64,000 bases of DNA from Takakia lepidozioides (Eukaryota; Plantae; Bryophyta), in NCBI GenBank assembly GCA_030704615.1, contig CM060734.1:18104001-18168000 (forward strand), written 5' to 3'. The notes below the pieces were generated by a model. That model worked only from the letters and a program-made list of their open reading frames with translations, was not told the DNA's origin and made no database searches. The position numbers and the translations under genes were made by a program. Positions 35,950 to 49,200 of the stretch are shown here, in pieces. Numbering within the stretch: the first letter of the stretch is position 1; every line of letters begins with the position of its first letter.

Positions 35950-38020
35950 AGCTATTCTTTGAACATACCAGGTTGGTTGTCACATTATAGGTCCTGATTG
36001 TGGCTGGGTAGGGGACCCAGGGGTGTGAAGGAGAGCTATAGCACGCTGCTCGTTTGGCGCACCAAAACCCTCTGCTGTGCTCCTTTGGGCACAACTTCTC
36101 ATGCCTATCCAGCTCCAAGTCGACGATTAGCCAGTACCCCCAGGTTTTGTAGGTATACAGCAATATATTTAGAAGTAAAGTCAATCAGACGTTTATGGAC
36201 TTGGTACCTGATAAGAGAGAAATCTCTGCATAAGGTGAGGGAGCACCTAAACACGTCCGACTTTTGAACCAGCAAGCTGTGGGGAGTAGAGGTAGTGATT
36301 GAGAGATTTTGTTGGCACCTAGGACAGACGTGACTAGAGGACCGTTCATCTTAGTATGCACAACTCCACTTTGGTGAGCCACCATTTCCTTTGAACACGA
36401 CATTTGCACCTCAAGCACAGCTGGTCTTCTTTGCAGATCAGCATAACTTGTCATGGAGGTAATTGTGCAATTTTCACTAAAAGATTTGAATGTGCAGCCT
36501 GATTTGATGTTGCTAAAGATGTAGCATTTTTTTGACCGAGTGTTGGAGAAGAATTTATGTAGCTATCTCTCCAGATCATGTCATCTGACAATCGTCCAAC
36601 AAGATTCAGATGGTGCCTAGTAAGATCCCGCCTCTCAGCCTCCTTCAACTTGCGGGATGAGCCTGACGGCTCATGGCCAGGAACCCCTGATAATTTACCC
36701 CCGCATGACACGGAATATTGCTGTTGTAAAAGCCAGATGCTGGAAATGTTGTCTTCCACAATGTTGTGCTGCTTGAGAGAGAGAGCTGCTCGAATGTGGA
36801 TGCAGATTTTGATATCACAATCACTACTCGTATCACTGTTCTTTGCACTAGCATGGCATGCCCCCATGCATCTCTGGGCCTAGGCTCAATTATCCAGGAG
36901 CCTTCCACTGCAAGAGTGTGCCCATTCAAGCCAGACCGTCGAAATAAAAGGTTGGGACTCTCTCCATCAAGTACTGCACGGAAAACAACACTAACATTCC
37001 TCCCGGACTTTGCACCTAATCCATCAGCCAGGGCATCATTTCCAAGGTACTGAATGAGAAGGCGACCGCGGGGGAGATTCACCCCATGGAATGCCCCAAA
37101 GCCCAAAAGGGCCAGCTTGAAACAAAATTCTTCGGACTGGGTGCATTGCCAAAAATGCACAACATCCGGCCACTGTCCAGCATAAGTTGCAATGCTCATT
37201 CGCAAAACTTAGGCCCTCGATAGATATCTGTCTTTGAAGAACTCTGGGGACAGGTCTTGTTGCAAATTCTAGATGTGAAAGATCTTGCAGTGTACTCATA
37301 ATTTGCAAATGGCTCCACCTACGATGACACATTGATAGGATTGAAATAGTGGTTGTCACCAGGAGCTGCAATGTTGGTGACTTGGCCATGGATGGCCCGG
37401 ATGGTGAGAGATTGCCGACGAGGATACTGCAGCTGCACCATAACATTGCAATCCTTAGTCAATTTCGTGACCTCTTTCGCTGGGAATAGGGTACAACCAA
37501 GCATACAGAACGTGTATTCCTTCTCTGTTTCTATAGAGACGCCTTCCAATTCGATGCTTATTTGTGAGAAAGCAGAGGTCATCTCAAAGCAGGGGTGAAT
37601 GCCTCGTGCATAGAAGATGCTTTTCTGGGGTGTAATTGCCAACTGAAGTACACTTGAGATATTAAAACTGTTCTTCGAACCTCCTGCATTCTTATTCAGC
37701 TACATATCTATAAGCAAGAATGTTGCCAGTTGCATCGGTGTCGTTGCATCCGGTTCATTCAAAGTGGGATATTTGGGAAATGAATCTCCCCTTGACGAAT
37801 TTGGTTCTAGGAGTGGATTGTAGAGCATATTGGGCTTGGAATCCTCAGACTGCAGCCAGTCCCTATTATAAAATAAAATAAAAGTTCTGTAGCATCCACC
37901 ATGTAGGATCTCCCTTTGAGATTGGTGTGTGAAACCCCTCCGCGCCGTAGTTCGTTCGCGTTGTAATCTGTCCATGGAGACACAGGTTTTGAGTCTCAAG
38001 GCAGAGTTGAAAGACATCAA
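35950..38020 (-). pseudogene. Degenerate plant DUF2921-like (membrane protein) gene fragment
   Basis: Frameshifted ORFs with FCMLG..LQYPRRQSLTIRAIHGQV..YFNPI, VSVVFRAV..RRSGLNGHTLAVEGSW and CDIKICI motifs recalled from this plant family; not database-verified. Confidence 0.55.
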
Positions 38021-38049
38021 ATTGAGGGAACTTTAGGCAGTCTCGTGTT

Positions 38050-38435
38050 GCTTGAATTTACGGGGCTATGTTCAGGCTTTCAATGTGCTATTGCTCGAAG
38101 TCGCAGATATGGCGGAACCAGAAATGGTCTTCAATTTTGTGGCGGGACTGGCTCCATGGGCCAAACAGAAGTTGGAGGAGAGGCCACCAAAGACTTTGAA
38201 CGAAGCAATTGACTAGAGAGCTGAGTGCTTCTCGCATGTCCCTATGGGCGAAAAACAGAGCCATACGGAGCTGAACCACAAGAAGGTTCGGCCGGAGGGT
38301 GACTCTTCCCGGTCGGAAAAGAAGTGGGATAGACCACGCGGCAACAATGGCACTTGGAAAGCCAAGGGAGGGCCTTCGTACGCCAAGGTAGTATCTGGTG
38401 CTCCAAAAAGAAAATCAGGCACGATGGTTTTCACT
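38050..38435 (+). mobile_element. Chromovirus gag fragment
   Basis: Nucleotide homology to ~28105-28465 (GYVQAFNV..MVFNFVAGLAPW). Confidence 0.85.
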
Positions 38436-39035
38436 CATTAACGCTGGCACCTACCAAAGCAGACCCCCAGACCATACTGTCCCACCATGGTTACTCCCAT
38501 GTGTCTGCCCCTACTCACCTTGCACTTGCCCTACCAGACTATGCCCAGACATCTTGCTTGTCCATGGTTTACCCATAAACGCCCCTCCGCCCACTACTCT
38601 GTCTCCAAACCTCACCATCCACTTTGTTGAATTTACATACTGCCATGATGGTTACCCTAACTCCTCCACTTTAGACAAACGACAAAAATATGCCCCGCTC
38701 ATCCTCGCAATTCGCCAACGAGGTTGGAACACCGGCCCACTAACCGTCATCATTGCTGGAACTACATATGACATCCACAACGCTTGTATTACTGCAATAC
38801 ACAAAAACTTTAATATCCCTATCTCTCCTATCCATAAATGCTTCAAGGCAATCCACCTCACGGCGCTCCGCTCCCTCACAACTATTATCATTAATAAGCG
38901 GCAACTTGAATCCAACCCCCTCGGTACCCTAGGTCCCCAATCCCTTGATACCCAGTGTCCCCCAGACACCCACAGGCTTAGCCTGCTTTCTATATAGGGC
39001 CCACCCCCGAAAGGGGGCAGTAGTGGGCCCTATAA
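38436..39035 (+). mobile_element. 5'-truncated non-LTR retrotransposon end with restriction-like (PD-D/ExK) endonuclease domain and 3' hairpin
   Basis: RLCPDILL..IHFVEFTYC..KRQKYAPL..GW in ORF 38398-38997; stem-loop at 38993-39034. Confidence 0.65.
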
Positions 39036-39869
39036 AGCGAAGTGGCTCTTAGTTACGCCGGTTTCGGCCGGAGTCTTCTCTCTTCTCTCTCTTCTCTCTC
39101 TCCTCCTTCGCTTTCACTCACACATTTCCGTTGGCAATGGTTATTAGGATTCAGGTGAATGCTGAGTAATCCGCTCCTTATGGGTTTGTCTCTCCATGTT
39201 CTCTGATACGGTAGACATATGCCGTGGATGCGAAGGAAGCGGTCCAAGTGAATAATGGTAAGTCACGCGATTCAGTATAGATGCCTGGATAAGTGATTAT
39301 GTATCTGCTGGAGGAAGTGGCAACAGGAGTGCCACACCTACGCCTCGACCCTCACACCCGTGCGGCTTACAATTGCTATGGCTGAACTGTGTTGGCACGA
39401 CATATGCACATTACTGGGTATCGAAGTGCGAGCTTGCATACTACTGTCCAGCCCTTGCGCAGGCTGATCCTGACATTACAGAGAAAAGTGCTTCACTTTG
39501 TCCTACTTGCTTCATCATGTCACTGACCTGAATTCCACAGGCTACTCATCAAATACACCATCTTTCATCGCTAGGATCCTGAAAGAAGTCATGGACTTGC
39601 AACTTCGCCAAATTGCAAATCACCAAAATGGATATATGAAAACGAGAGGGTGAGGGAAGCGAAGTTGTCTTGCTGATCATTCAGGTGCTGAATAACAAGA
39701 TAATGATTGAAGCTTTTGATGTTCGATCATTCTCCTTGACTACCTAGTCTGTGGATGTAGGACCACGTTGAACTCTGTGTCGAGCTCCTGAGGTGGTGCT
39801 ACAGTCTATTTCAGATGTGATGTTCACACCTGACTTCTTGTTCCTGAAGCTGTTGGGGCAGGGTTGTGG

Positions 39870-39945
39870 GTAGTCACACAGGAACTGATTGTGCGGACAC
39901 AATTTCAAAAGAGGGGGGGGGGGGATAAATGATAACGGCTCGCTA
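39870..39945 (+). mobile_element. PPT / LTR-start remnant related to the Athila/Tat-like element
   Basis: GGACACAATTTCAAAAGAGGGGG matches the minus-strand PPT region at ~19737-19765; followed by TGATAACGGC, which resembles the LTR start. Confidence 0.5.
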
Positions 39946-40935
39946 AAGTGTTCAGGAGAGTTGTTAGTCGTAGGCTCGGAGAATTTTGCTCTCAAGATTC
40001 ATGGTCCCAAACTTGAGCAATCCAATAGGACGCCACAAAAACCCACCTCTTTCTCCCTCTGGCCCCGTCCTCAAACAGTTTCAAATCTAGAACTTTTCCT
40101 GCTCCACCTTAACTGCCATTTGTGCTATTGTACCAGCATGTATTTAGTGACGAAGAACTGAGGTGTGCAGTCGCCTGTAATGGTAGTTTGTGCATGATCA
40201 CTTAATAAAACCAGCAGGGATATTTGCAATACAACATGAGGAGGTGGTGAAGAAAGAAAGGGGAAGGTAGTCTGTAGACAGACAGCTATGGAAGCAGGAA
40301 ATTGGCAAACAAGGTAAGGAAGGAAGGAAGCAAGGAAGAAAGGTAATCCAGAAATAAGGAGGCCTTTACACCAGAGATGCTGGTGACCTACCTCATTGCA
40401 GTAGATTCAAGATCCTCTGCAGGAAAGTTGAGCGTTGAGGATGTGCCAGTAGCAATCAGACTCTTGCCCTACCACTGTTATAGTGGTGGCCACCATAGGC
40501 TGGTGAGTTGCCACACTGCTATCACCATGTGCAACTCAAGAGACTCAAATCATTGCATCACAAAAGGATGATATTCTTGGCATAGCCATGCAGTTTGCAT
40601 TCCACCCATAAATGTGAAGATAACTCAAGGCCAGGATCCAACTGTGGCCTCTGCTGGTCCCAAAGCAGCCCAATTCAACCTGATAATTTCCATGTTTATT
40701 AGCTTGGTCACATACACATCAACTACAGCACCTAATCATCAAGTACCTACCTCATCCTGACCCACAGGCAAGGCACGGGATGCTTCCCTGCCTCCAGCCA
40801 CTCAATGCCTTCCAAAATAGCTGATAATTTACTCCTAAAAGATGGCCAATCTCTGGGACAACCATCCTATGAATAAGAAACACTGACCAACTCCTTGCCC
40901 ATGAAACTAAAATTGATGAAGCCCGATGTGTCAGC

Positions 40936-42225
40936 TTAGTCGGTTCTTGATTGACCCGCACGAGACGACAAAATAATCCCCACAATGAGACCATACAAAG
41001 CTAGTGCCTCCGCAAAGATGAGGATGAGAATCATGCCGACAAACAGCTTTGGTTGCTGCGCATTTGCCCTGCACCCATACCATCCCATTGCATCAGGACC
41101 AGTCACAGATGTAGACTCCTGTTCTATAGCGGAGTCATAGGACAATCTCTTGTAAAAAACACTGAGGTGTTCATATTCTTCAGTTGGAGAACACAGCTGT
41201 GCATGACATCATTAAGAATCCATAGACTACACCAGAAGCTCCTGATGCCAGTCACACGTTCTGTAAACATAGAACGCAAGGCAAGGCTGGACAGAGAAAC
41301 CTGACACCAGCGTCCCCCACAATGCCAATGGCCATGCCTGCAGAGAGACCAGCCAGCCCACAAGCTAAGCCTGATGCCAGGTGTGCATAACCATCAAACT
41401 CATAGTAAGGTTTTGACTTGGGGTTGATTCCAGTGCTAATAATCACGGCCATAATCAGGCCATAGATACCCAACACTCCTGCCATAACTACAGGCACAAT
41501 TGACTTCATCACCAGCTCTGGCCTCATCACACCCATTGAGGCCACTCCTACTCCACTCTTTGCTGTTCCATATGCTGCCCCCATACCTGCATGCATCCAG
41601 AGCTCAATGGTTAGAGAGATGCTTTCATGGCAGAGGAATTCCACTCATGGAAACTTCAAAACGTACATATCTACCTAGAAAGAAAGGGGGATCCACACAT
41701 GATTTCATAGCCCTCACCCTACCCATTGCTAGTAAGCACTGGAACCTTATTCTAGATTTCCCTCTGAATTCACCACACCCAACCTCACAGAAGTGCTGGT
41801 TCACCAAAGTTAGCTGTTCTCTGTACAGAACAAACTATGCACGGAGAAGTTGCCGACATTTGATCTGCCCACGGGATTCTCCTCACAAAATAGGCCATGA
41901 AGACTGGTCAAAGAGAAGATTCAAATGATAAACACCTAGGTGTTCTCCTCAAATCTCCAGTTTTATAAAGATGAGTTCCTAACCACATCCATATGTCATA
42001 ATCCATCTCTCAGACGTTTTTCACATTAATTCTGGAGACTCTTGGAGCCCATTCACACTCTCTCAACCTCAAGTCAGACAGATGAAATAACTCCTGCCTG
42101 GTGTATTATGAAATTCGATGAAGTATTGAGGACCACAAATGCTTGGCAAATTCATTTCTTGTTCTTTGGTTTGTTATGCGCTACCGTCCCATAAGCTCTT
42201 TGTGATCTTCTTGAACAGTATAAAG

Positions 42226-42260
<35 letters not shown>

Positions 42261-43241
42261 GACCTGCCTTGGAGTACGGATCTGCTATATGGGTTGATAA
42301 CTCCAACCAGGCTAAGTCTCTAGAATCCATTCAAGTGGGGGTGCTTAAGGAGTGTATGTCAGCATGCTCCAAAACAGCCAATGTGGCTGTTCGGGGTGAG
42401 TTTGGCATTCCGTCCTTAAGCTCCCGACGAGATGAATTCAAGGTCAGATGGTGGGGTCAGCTGCAACATATGCCCAACACCAGATATCCTAAATTAATCG
42501 ACTCTATATCTTGGAAACAGGATCCGCCCTGTCAAACAGGCTAAGTCCTGGCAGAAGAGAGTAGAAGAGATCCTCAAGGACCTGGACCTGGATCCGCAAA
42601 TCTTGACCCTGCTGGATAAATCTGACTTAGAGGCTGTAGTGTCCTCAGCCATGTCTGTTGCCATGAGATTGTCTGATGAAAATGAAGTTAGGCAGAAAAC
42701 TTCCCTGAACTTGTTTCCAGTCTGTGACATGGGGGAGGACATCTTGGATGACCTCAAGGGTCTACCCACTCTCGGCACTAGACTGAAATTTAAACTCAGG
42801 GCAGGAAGCCTACCTTTGAACAGCAAACAGAAGCAGAGAGGAAAGGGAGAGTGCAATTGCCGTTGTGTGGGCAATCTGAAGACAGTATTCATTTTCTGAT
42901 ACACTGTCCGGGGTTCTCTCACCAAAGAGACGCTCTCTTCAAATCTATTAAGGGAATTGTGCCTGTACCCCTGTTTACCAACTTTGAAAGTCTCGAGGCT
43001 GAGCCAAAAGCCCAGGCCCTCCTGAGGCCTAGTTTTTGGGCAAATCACACACAGCAGATTGATGCTTGTGTGAAGGGATTTCTAGAGGATATCTGGAAAA
43101 CCCGGATTAATTCTTTATATGGAGGTAAGTCTTACTACCGACGTCAGCCCCTGACAGAGGTAGGTTCTGTCCCTTTTGTTCCCGCTCAAACTGGGCGCGG
43201 GGTCAATGGCCACAAGGCTACGGCAAACAACGTCTTATGAG

Positions 43242-43277
<36 letters not shown>

Positions 43278-46200
43278 TTCTCCCTGCCCTCTAGGAAGCC
43301 TATCGACATTGGGTGGACTTGAAATGGGAGTAGATAAATGTCTTTGTGACTAAATGTCGGCCTTGCGACCTCGTGTCTTGGTTTGTTTTGACTGAAGCAC
43401 TCTGCTTTGGGTAAGGTAGTACATTGGATTTAGTTGGAGAGTCTGGGGCCTCTCCCTCTTTAGAACATGTCTACGTGGGCCATTCCCTGCAGCTCCTTTG
43501 GAATGACGATCTCTGAATAGTAACAAGCGGACCCCTACCGCTTGGGGGCAGCCCCTTCGCCCCAAATGGGTAGTTGCATGCTCTGTCTAGCATGCTCGGC
43601 ACTTGGGCTAGGGTTGGTCCTTGTGCTTAAACTTACAGCCTGCGAATACAGAAAAATATTTGGCCACTCTGATAATAACACTACTCAGGGTGATTCCTGG
43701 GAAATGGTTACTCCAAATCTAGAGCTTCATGTGTAGTTTTTGGGGTGAATCCCAGGATGGACGATGTGTCCTTTAAAAGTACCTGCTCCAGCTTAGGCTT
43801 GGATTATGTGGCTAATGGCTCCATCTCAAGATTGGATAACAGAGGTACTTTGAAGGTTTCATTGCCTAAATCTGCTGCAAATAGAATCCCACATCAAATC
43901 AGCTTCAAAGAAATTCGCCCCTTGACTGGTTGGAGGGCGGTCTTAGACATTGGTGATTCAATGAGGCGCTCTAGGAAGACAGTCAAGTGTGGGGACTTCA
44001 ACTTGAAAGTTTCTAACCGGTTTGAAGCCCTGGAAGAGATTGATACCAAGCAGCCAGACTGGTTAGTTGGCCCTATGTGTGCTGAGGCTGAGCGTCAGGA
44101 CCATGAAGGATTTGGCACTCTGAATGGATTGCCAATCCTTAAGGTTTACTCTAGAAGAATTAAATCTTCGCCTGAAGGATTTGGCACTCTGAATGGTTTG
44201 CCAATCCTTAAGGTTTACTCTAGAAGAATTAAATCTTCGCCTGAAGGATTTGGCACTCTGAATGGTTTGCCAGTCCTTAAGGTTTACTCTAGACGCCCAA
44301 AATCTACACATGGGGCAACTGATCCCCCTTTGCAGAGCGGTTGGTTGTCCAGGAGCAATCATAGGCTCCCTAGACGGCAAACAATCCATATGCAAAAGGC
44401 TAGCTTGCGGCTGGGCACTTTCAACTTCTCGGGGTTGACTAACCAAGGGAAACAATTTGAAGTGGGACAAGTTCTTCAGTCAAATGGTATTCATATCTGT
44501 GCTGGGCAAGAGACATGGGAAACTTCGGACAAACTGGTTGGAGATGTCAACGGCTACCGTTGGTTTGGCAAGATGTGCGCTTAAGGTGACCTCTGCCAAG
44601 CGTGGGCAAAAAGGTGTTGGCTTCTTTGTCCGAGATTTCTTGTGTGACAATTGTGAAATTATCAACAAGGATTTGCGGTATGAGCACAGTATCTGGCTGA
44701 AACTGAAATTGAAGGGCAGCGTGAGTAGGAAGGACCTCTTTGTGGGCTGTGTTTACATGCCCACAGAGGGGACCCTTAGTGCTGACGCAGATAAAGCCTT
44801 CAAAGACGTAAAGCTGGACTGTGCTAAGTTCCTTGCCAAGGGTCAGGTGGTCTTATTGGGTGACTTCAATGCCTGGGTGGGTAAAGGTCTTCACCAGGAT
44901 GATATCATCGGACCTTTTGGTGAGGACGAGCTGAACTCTAATGGAAGACGGTTAATTAACTGTCTGGAAGAGCTTCAGCTTTCGACCCTGAACAATAGGT
45001 CAAAAGGTGACCAGGTGCAGTGGACCCGTGAGAAAGCCCAAACTGGGGAACGATCCATTGTGGATTATATCATAGTGGACAAGAATCTGTTTCCCCAGTG
45101 TGCCAATGTGTTAATTGACAGAACTGATATTGGTACCTCTGACCACTTTCTGGTTTGGACTGAGATCAAAAGGTGTTTCCCCAACACCAAGAGATCTGTG
45201 AAACGTTCGATCCAGAAGTGGCGCATTGAAAATTCCGAAATGAAGAGGTCAAGGCTGAGTATGTCCAGGCCTTGCAAGAGGCTCTGCCCAACTTTGTCCA
45301 TTCGCTCCAAGACCTTCAATCTCGCGCTGGCAATGCAAGAAAGGAAGTCGAAAGAGCGGTGGACTCTTGGGAGAGTTTCGTCTCTTCTGTGGCTGAAAAG
45401 ATCATTGGGAGGAAACTAATTGTCTGCGGTAGAGCTGTTAATTGGGACCAATGAGATCAAACTCAAGATTGCCAAGAGACGAGCCCTCTATAAAGTGCTG
45501 CAGAATGAAAGTCAATAATGACCTTTGGGTTAGGTACTACCAGCTCCGCAAAGATATCAATCAGCTTGTAAGGTCTCAGAAGAAACTATATTGGGATACG
45601 GGGAAATAAACTCAAACCACCACGGTAGTAATGACAAGAAATTCTGGTTGGCCCTTCAACGTCTGTACAAGCCGAAAATTTGTCAGCAAGTACAAGCGCT
45701 GAGGACCCCTAAGGGTGCAGTGGTGACTTCAACGGCTGACATTGTCAACACCTTTGAAACCACTACAGTACACTTGGCAGAAATTCTAGTTCTAGCAGCG
45801 AGGGGTTTTCTGAAGAATGGAATGACACAGTAGAAAGAACTGTGTCTATGATTCAAGACAGCCCTGATGAACTGGAGTATATTTCAAAGGGTTATAACGC
45901 TCCCATTAGTTCCTCTGAGATTGCGGAAGCAATTGAGCATCTAAATGGATACAAAGCTGGTGGCCCTGATGGCATTGTCAATGAGCTTATCAAGCATGGT
46001 GGTGACCCTATGATAGAGGCCCTTGTTCTTCTCTTTAACCTTATATGGAGGACTGAAATTACCCCTTTCGCTGGCGGCAGGGGGTCATTGTCAATTTATA
46101 TAAGAAAGGTGACAGAAGAGCCGGGTAACTATCGGGGCACACGCTTCTTAATGCAGTTGGCAAGATATTCTGCAGAGTTATAAGTACTCGTCTCGAGGTT

Positions 46201-49200
46201 GATCTGGAGTCCAGAGGTTGTTTCCATGAAGGCCAAGCTGGCTTTCGGCGAAACAGGGGCTGCGTGGATCATATCTTCACACTCAGCCAGATTATCCAGG
46301 GAAGGAAAAAAGAAGGGAAACCTACTTTTGTCTTTTTCCTGGATGTCAAAAAGGCCTATGACACTGTGTGGAGAGACGGTCTATGGCTCCGACTCTGGTC
46401 TTCTGGGATCAAGGGAAAGATGTGGAGAGTGGTCCATAACTTGTATGCTCACACTAAAAGCTGTGTCACTGTTAATGGACAGAAGTCTAATTTCTTTGAC
46501 ATAGACCAAGGTGTAGCTCAAGGATGTACCCTCTCCCCTCTGCTCTTCAATGTTTTCATCAATCAACTACTGGAGGATGTGGAAGTGAGGGATTTGGGTT
46601 AAGGGTGGGTGATGCCACCATACCAGCCCTTATGTTTGCGGATGACTTCGCAGGCATAGGGGAGACTCCTTCCAACCTCCAGGAGCTGATAGATTGCGCG
46701 AAGAGATACTTTGATCTTTGGGGGCTAGAGACCAATGTCAGTAAATGGACTGGGGGGAAGGAGGAGGCGGCCTCAAGTGGCAGTGGGGAAGCCAAGAGAT
46801 CCCTGTTCTCCCCTCCTACACCTATCTTGGCGTTGAGTTTTCCTCCAACTGTAATTGGGAAGCACATATTCAAAGAGTGGTTCAATCTGGCAAACGCAAA
46901 GCGCTGGGTCTCACTAAATTTTTCCACTGCAGAGGGATCAACTCTGAAGTAAAAAAAACCATGCTTTGCCGCGTTATCAGGCCGGCCTTGGAGTATGCAT
47001 CTGCTGTATGGGTTGATAACTCCAACCAGGCTAAGTCTCTTGAATCCATCCAAGTCGGGGTGCTCAAGGAGTGCATGTCAGCATGCTCCAAAACAGCTAA
47101 TGTGGCTGTTCGGGGTGGGTTGGCATTCCTCCCTTAAGCTCCCGACGCGATGAATTCAAAATCAGATGGTGGGGTCAGCTGCAACATATGGCTAATACCA
47201 GATATCCTAAGTTAATCGACTCTATATCTTGGAAGCAGGACCGCCCTGTCAAACAGGCTAAATCCTGGCGGAAGAGGGTAGAAGAGATTTTCAAGGATCT
47301 GAATCTTAGTCCACTAGCCATGACCCTGCTGGATAAATCTGGCTTAGAAGCTGAAGTTTCCAAAGCCATGTCTATTGCCAGGAAACTGTCTGAAGAAAAT
47401 GAAGTTAGGCATATTGTAATTGGGATGCACATATCCGGAAAGTTGTTCAAACTGGCAAGGGCAAAGCTCTGGGGCTCACTAAATTTTTCCACTACAGAGG
47501 GGTCAACTCTGAGGTTAAGAAAACCATGCTTTGTCGCGTTATTAGACCTGCCTTGGAGTACGGATCTGCAATATGGGTTGATAACTCCAACCAGGCTAAG
47601 TTCTAGAATCCATTCAAGTGGGGGTGCTTAAGGAGTGTCAGCATGCTCCAAAACAGCCAATGCGGCTGTTCGGGGTGAGTTTGGCATTCCATCCTTAAGC
47701 TCCCGACGAGATGAATTCAAGGTCAGATGGTGGGGTCAGCTGCAACATATGTCCAACACCAGATATCCTAAGTTAATCAGCTCTATATCTTGGAAACAGG
47801 ACCGCCCTGTCAAACAGGCTAAGTCCTAGCAGGTAGAAGAGATTCTCAAGGACCTGGATCTGGATCCACAAATCTTGACCCTGCTGGATAAATCTGACTT
47901 AGAGGCTGTAGTGTCTGAAGCCATGTCTGTTGCCAGGAAATTGTCTGATGAAAATGAAGTTAGGCAGAAAACTTCCCTGAACTTGTTTCCAGTCTGTGAC
48001 ATGGGGGAGGACATCTTGGACGACCTCAAGGGTCTACCCACTCTCGGCACTAGACGGATTTCTAGAGGATATCTGGAAAACCCGGATCAATTCTATGTAT
48101 CAAGGTAATTCTTACTACCAACGTCAGCCCCTGACAGAGGTAGGTTCTGTCCCTTTGGTTTCCGCTCAAACTGGGCACGGGGTCAATGGCCACAAGGCTA
48201 CGGCAAACAACGTCTTATGAGTACATTCTATCTCCCTGTCCTCTAGGAAGCCTATTTGCCATTGGGTGGACTTGATACGGGAGTACATAAATGTCTCTGT
48301 GACTAAATGCCGGCCTTGTGACCTCGTGTCTTTGTTTGTTTTGACCTGAAGCGCTTTGCTTCAGGTAAGGCAGTGCATTGGATTTAGTTGGAGAGTTTGG
48401 GGCCTTTCCCTCTTTAGAATATGCCTACGCGGGCCATTCCCTGCAGCTCCCTGGAGTGTGATCTCTGAATCGTAACAAGCGGACCCCTACAGCTTGGGGG
48501 CAGCCCCTCCGCCCAAATTGGGCAGTCGTATGCTCTGTCTAGCATACTCGGCACTTGTGCTAGGGTTGGTCCTTGTGCTTAAACTAATGCCTGCGATTAC
48601 CTCTTATCCATAACAACACTCCCCAGGGTGATTCCTGGGAATTGGTTACTTATGTCAAATCTAGGGCTTCATGTGTAGTTTTTGGGGTGAATCCCAGGAT
48701 GGACAATGTGTCCTTTAAACTACATGCTCCAGCTTAGGCTTGGATTATATGGCTAATGGTTCCATCTCGAGACTTGATAACAGAGGTACTTTGAAGGTTA
48801 CAATGCCCAAAAATGCTACTAATAGAGTCTCACATCAATTCAATCTCAAAGAAGTTCGTCCCTTGACTGGCTGGAGAGCGGTCTTAGATATTGGTGATTC
48901 AATGAGGTGCTCTAGGAAGACAACCAAGGGCAGGGACTTCAACTTGAAAGTTTCTAACTGGTTTGATGCTCTGGATGAGGTTGATTCCAAGCAGCCAGAC
49001 GGACAATCTGTCCCTAAGTGCGCGGAGCCTGAACATCGTGTAACTGAAGGATTTGGTACTCTGAATGGTTTACCAATCCTTAAAGTTTACACAAGACGAG
49101 CAAAATCTACACACGGGGTAATTGTCCCCCCTTTTGCAGAACTGTTGGCCGTCCAGGAGCAACCTTGAATAATAGGTCAAAAGGAGACCAAGTGCAGTGG

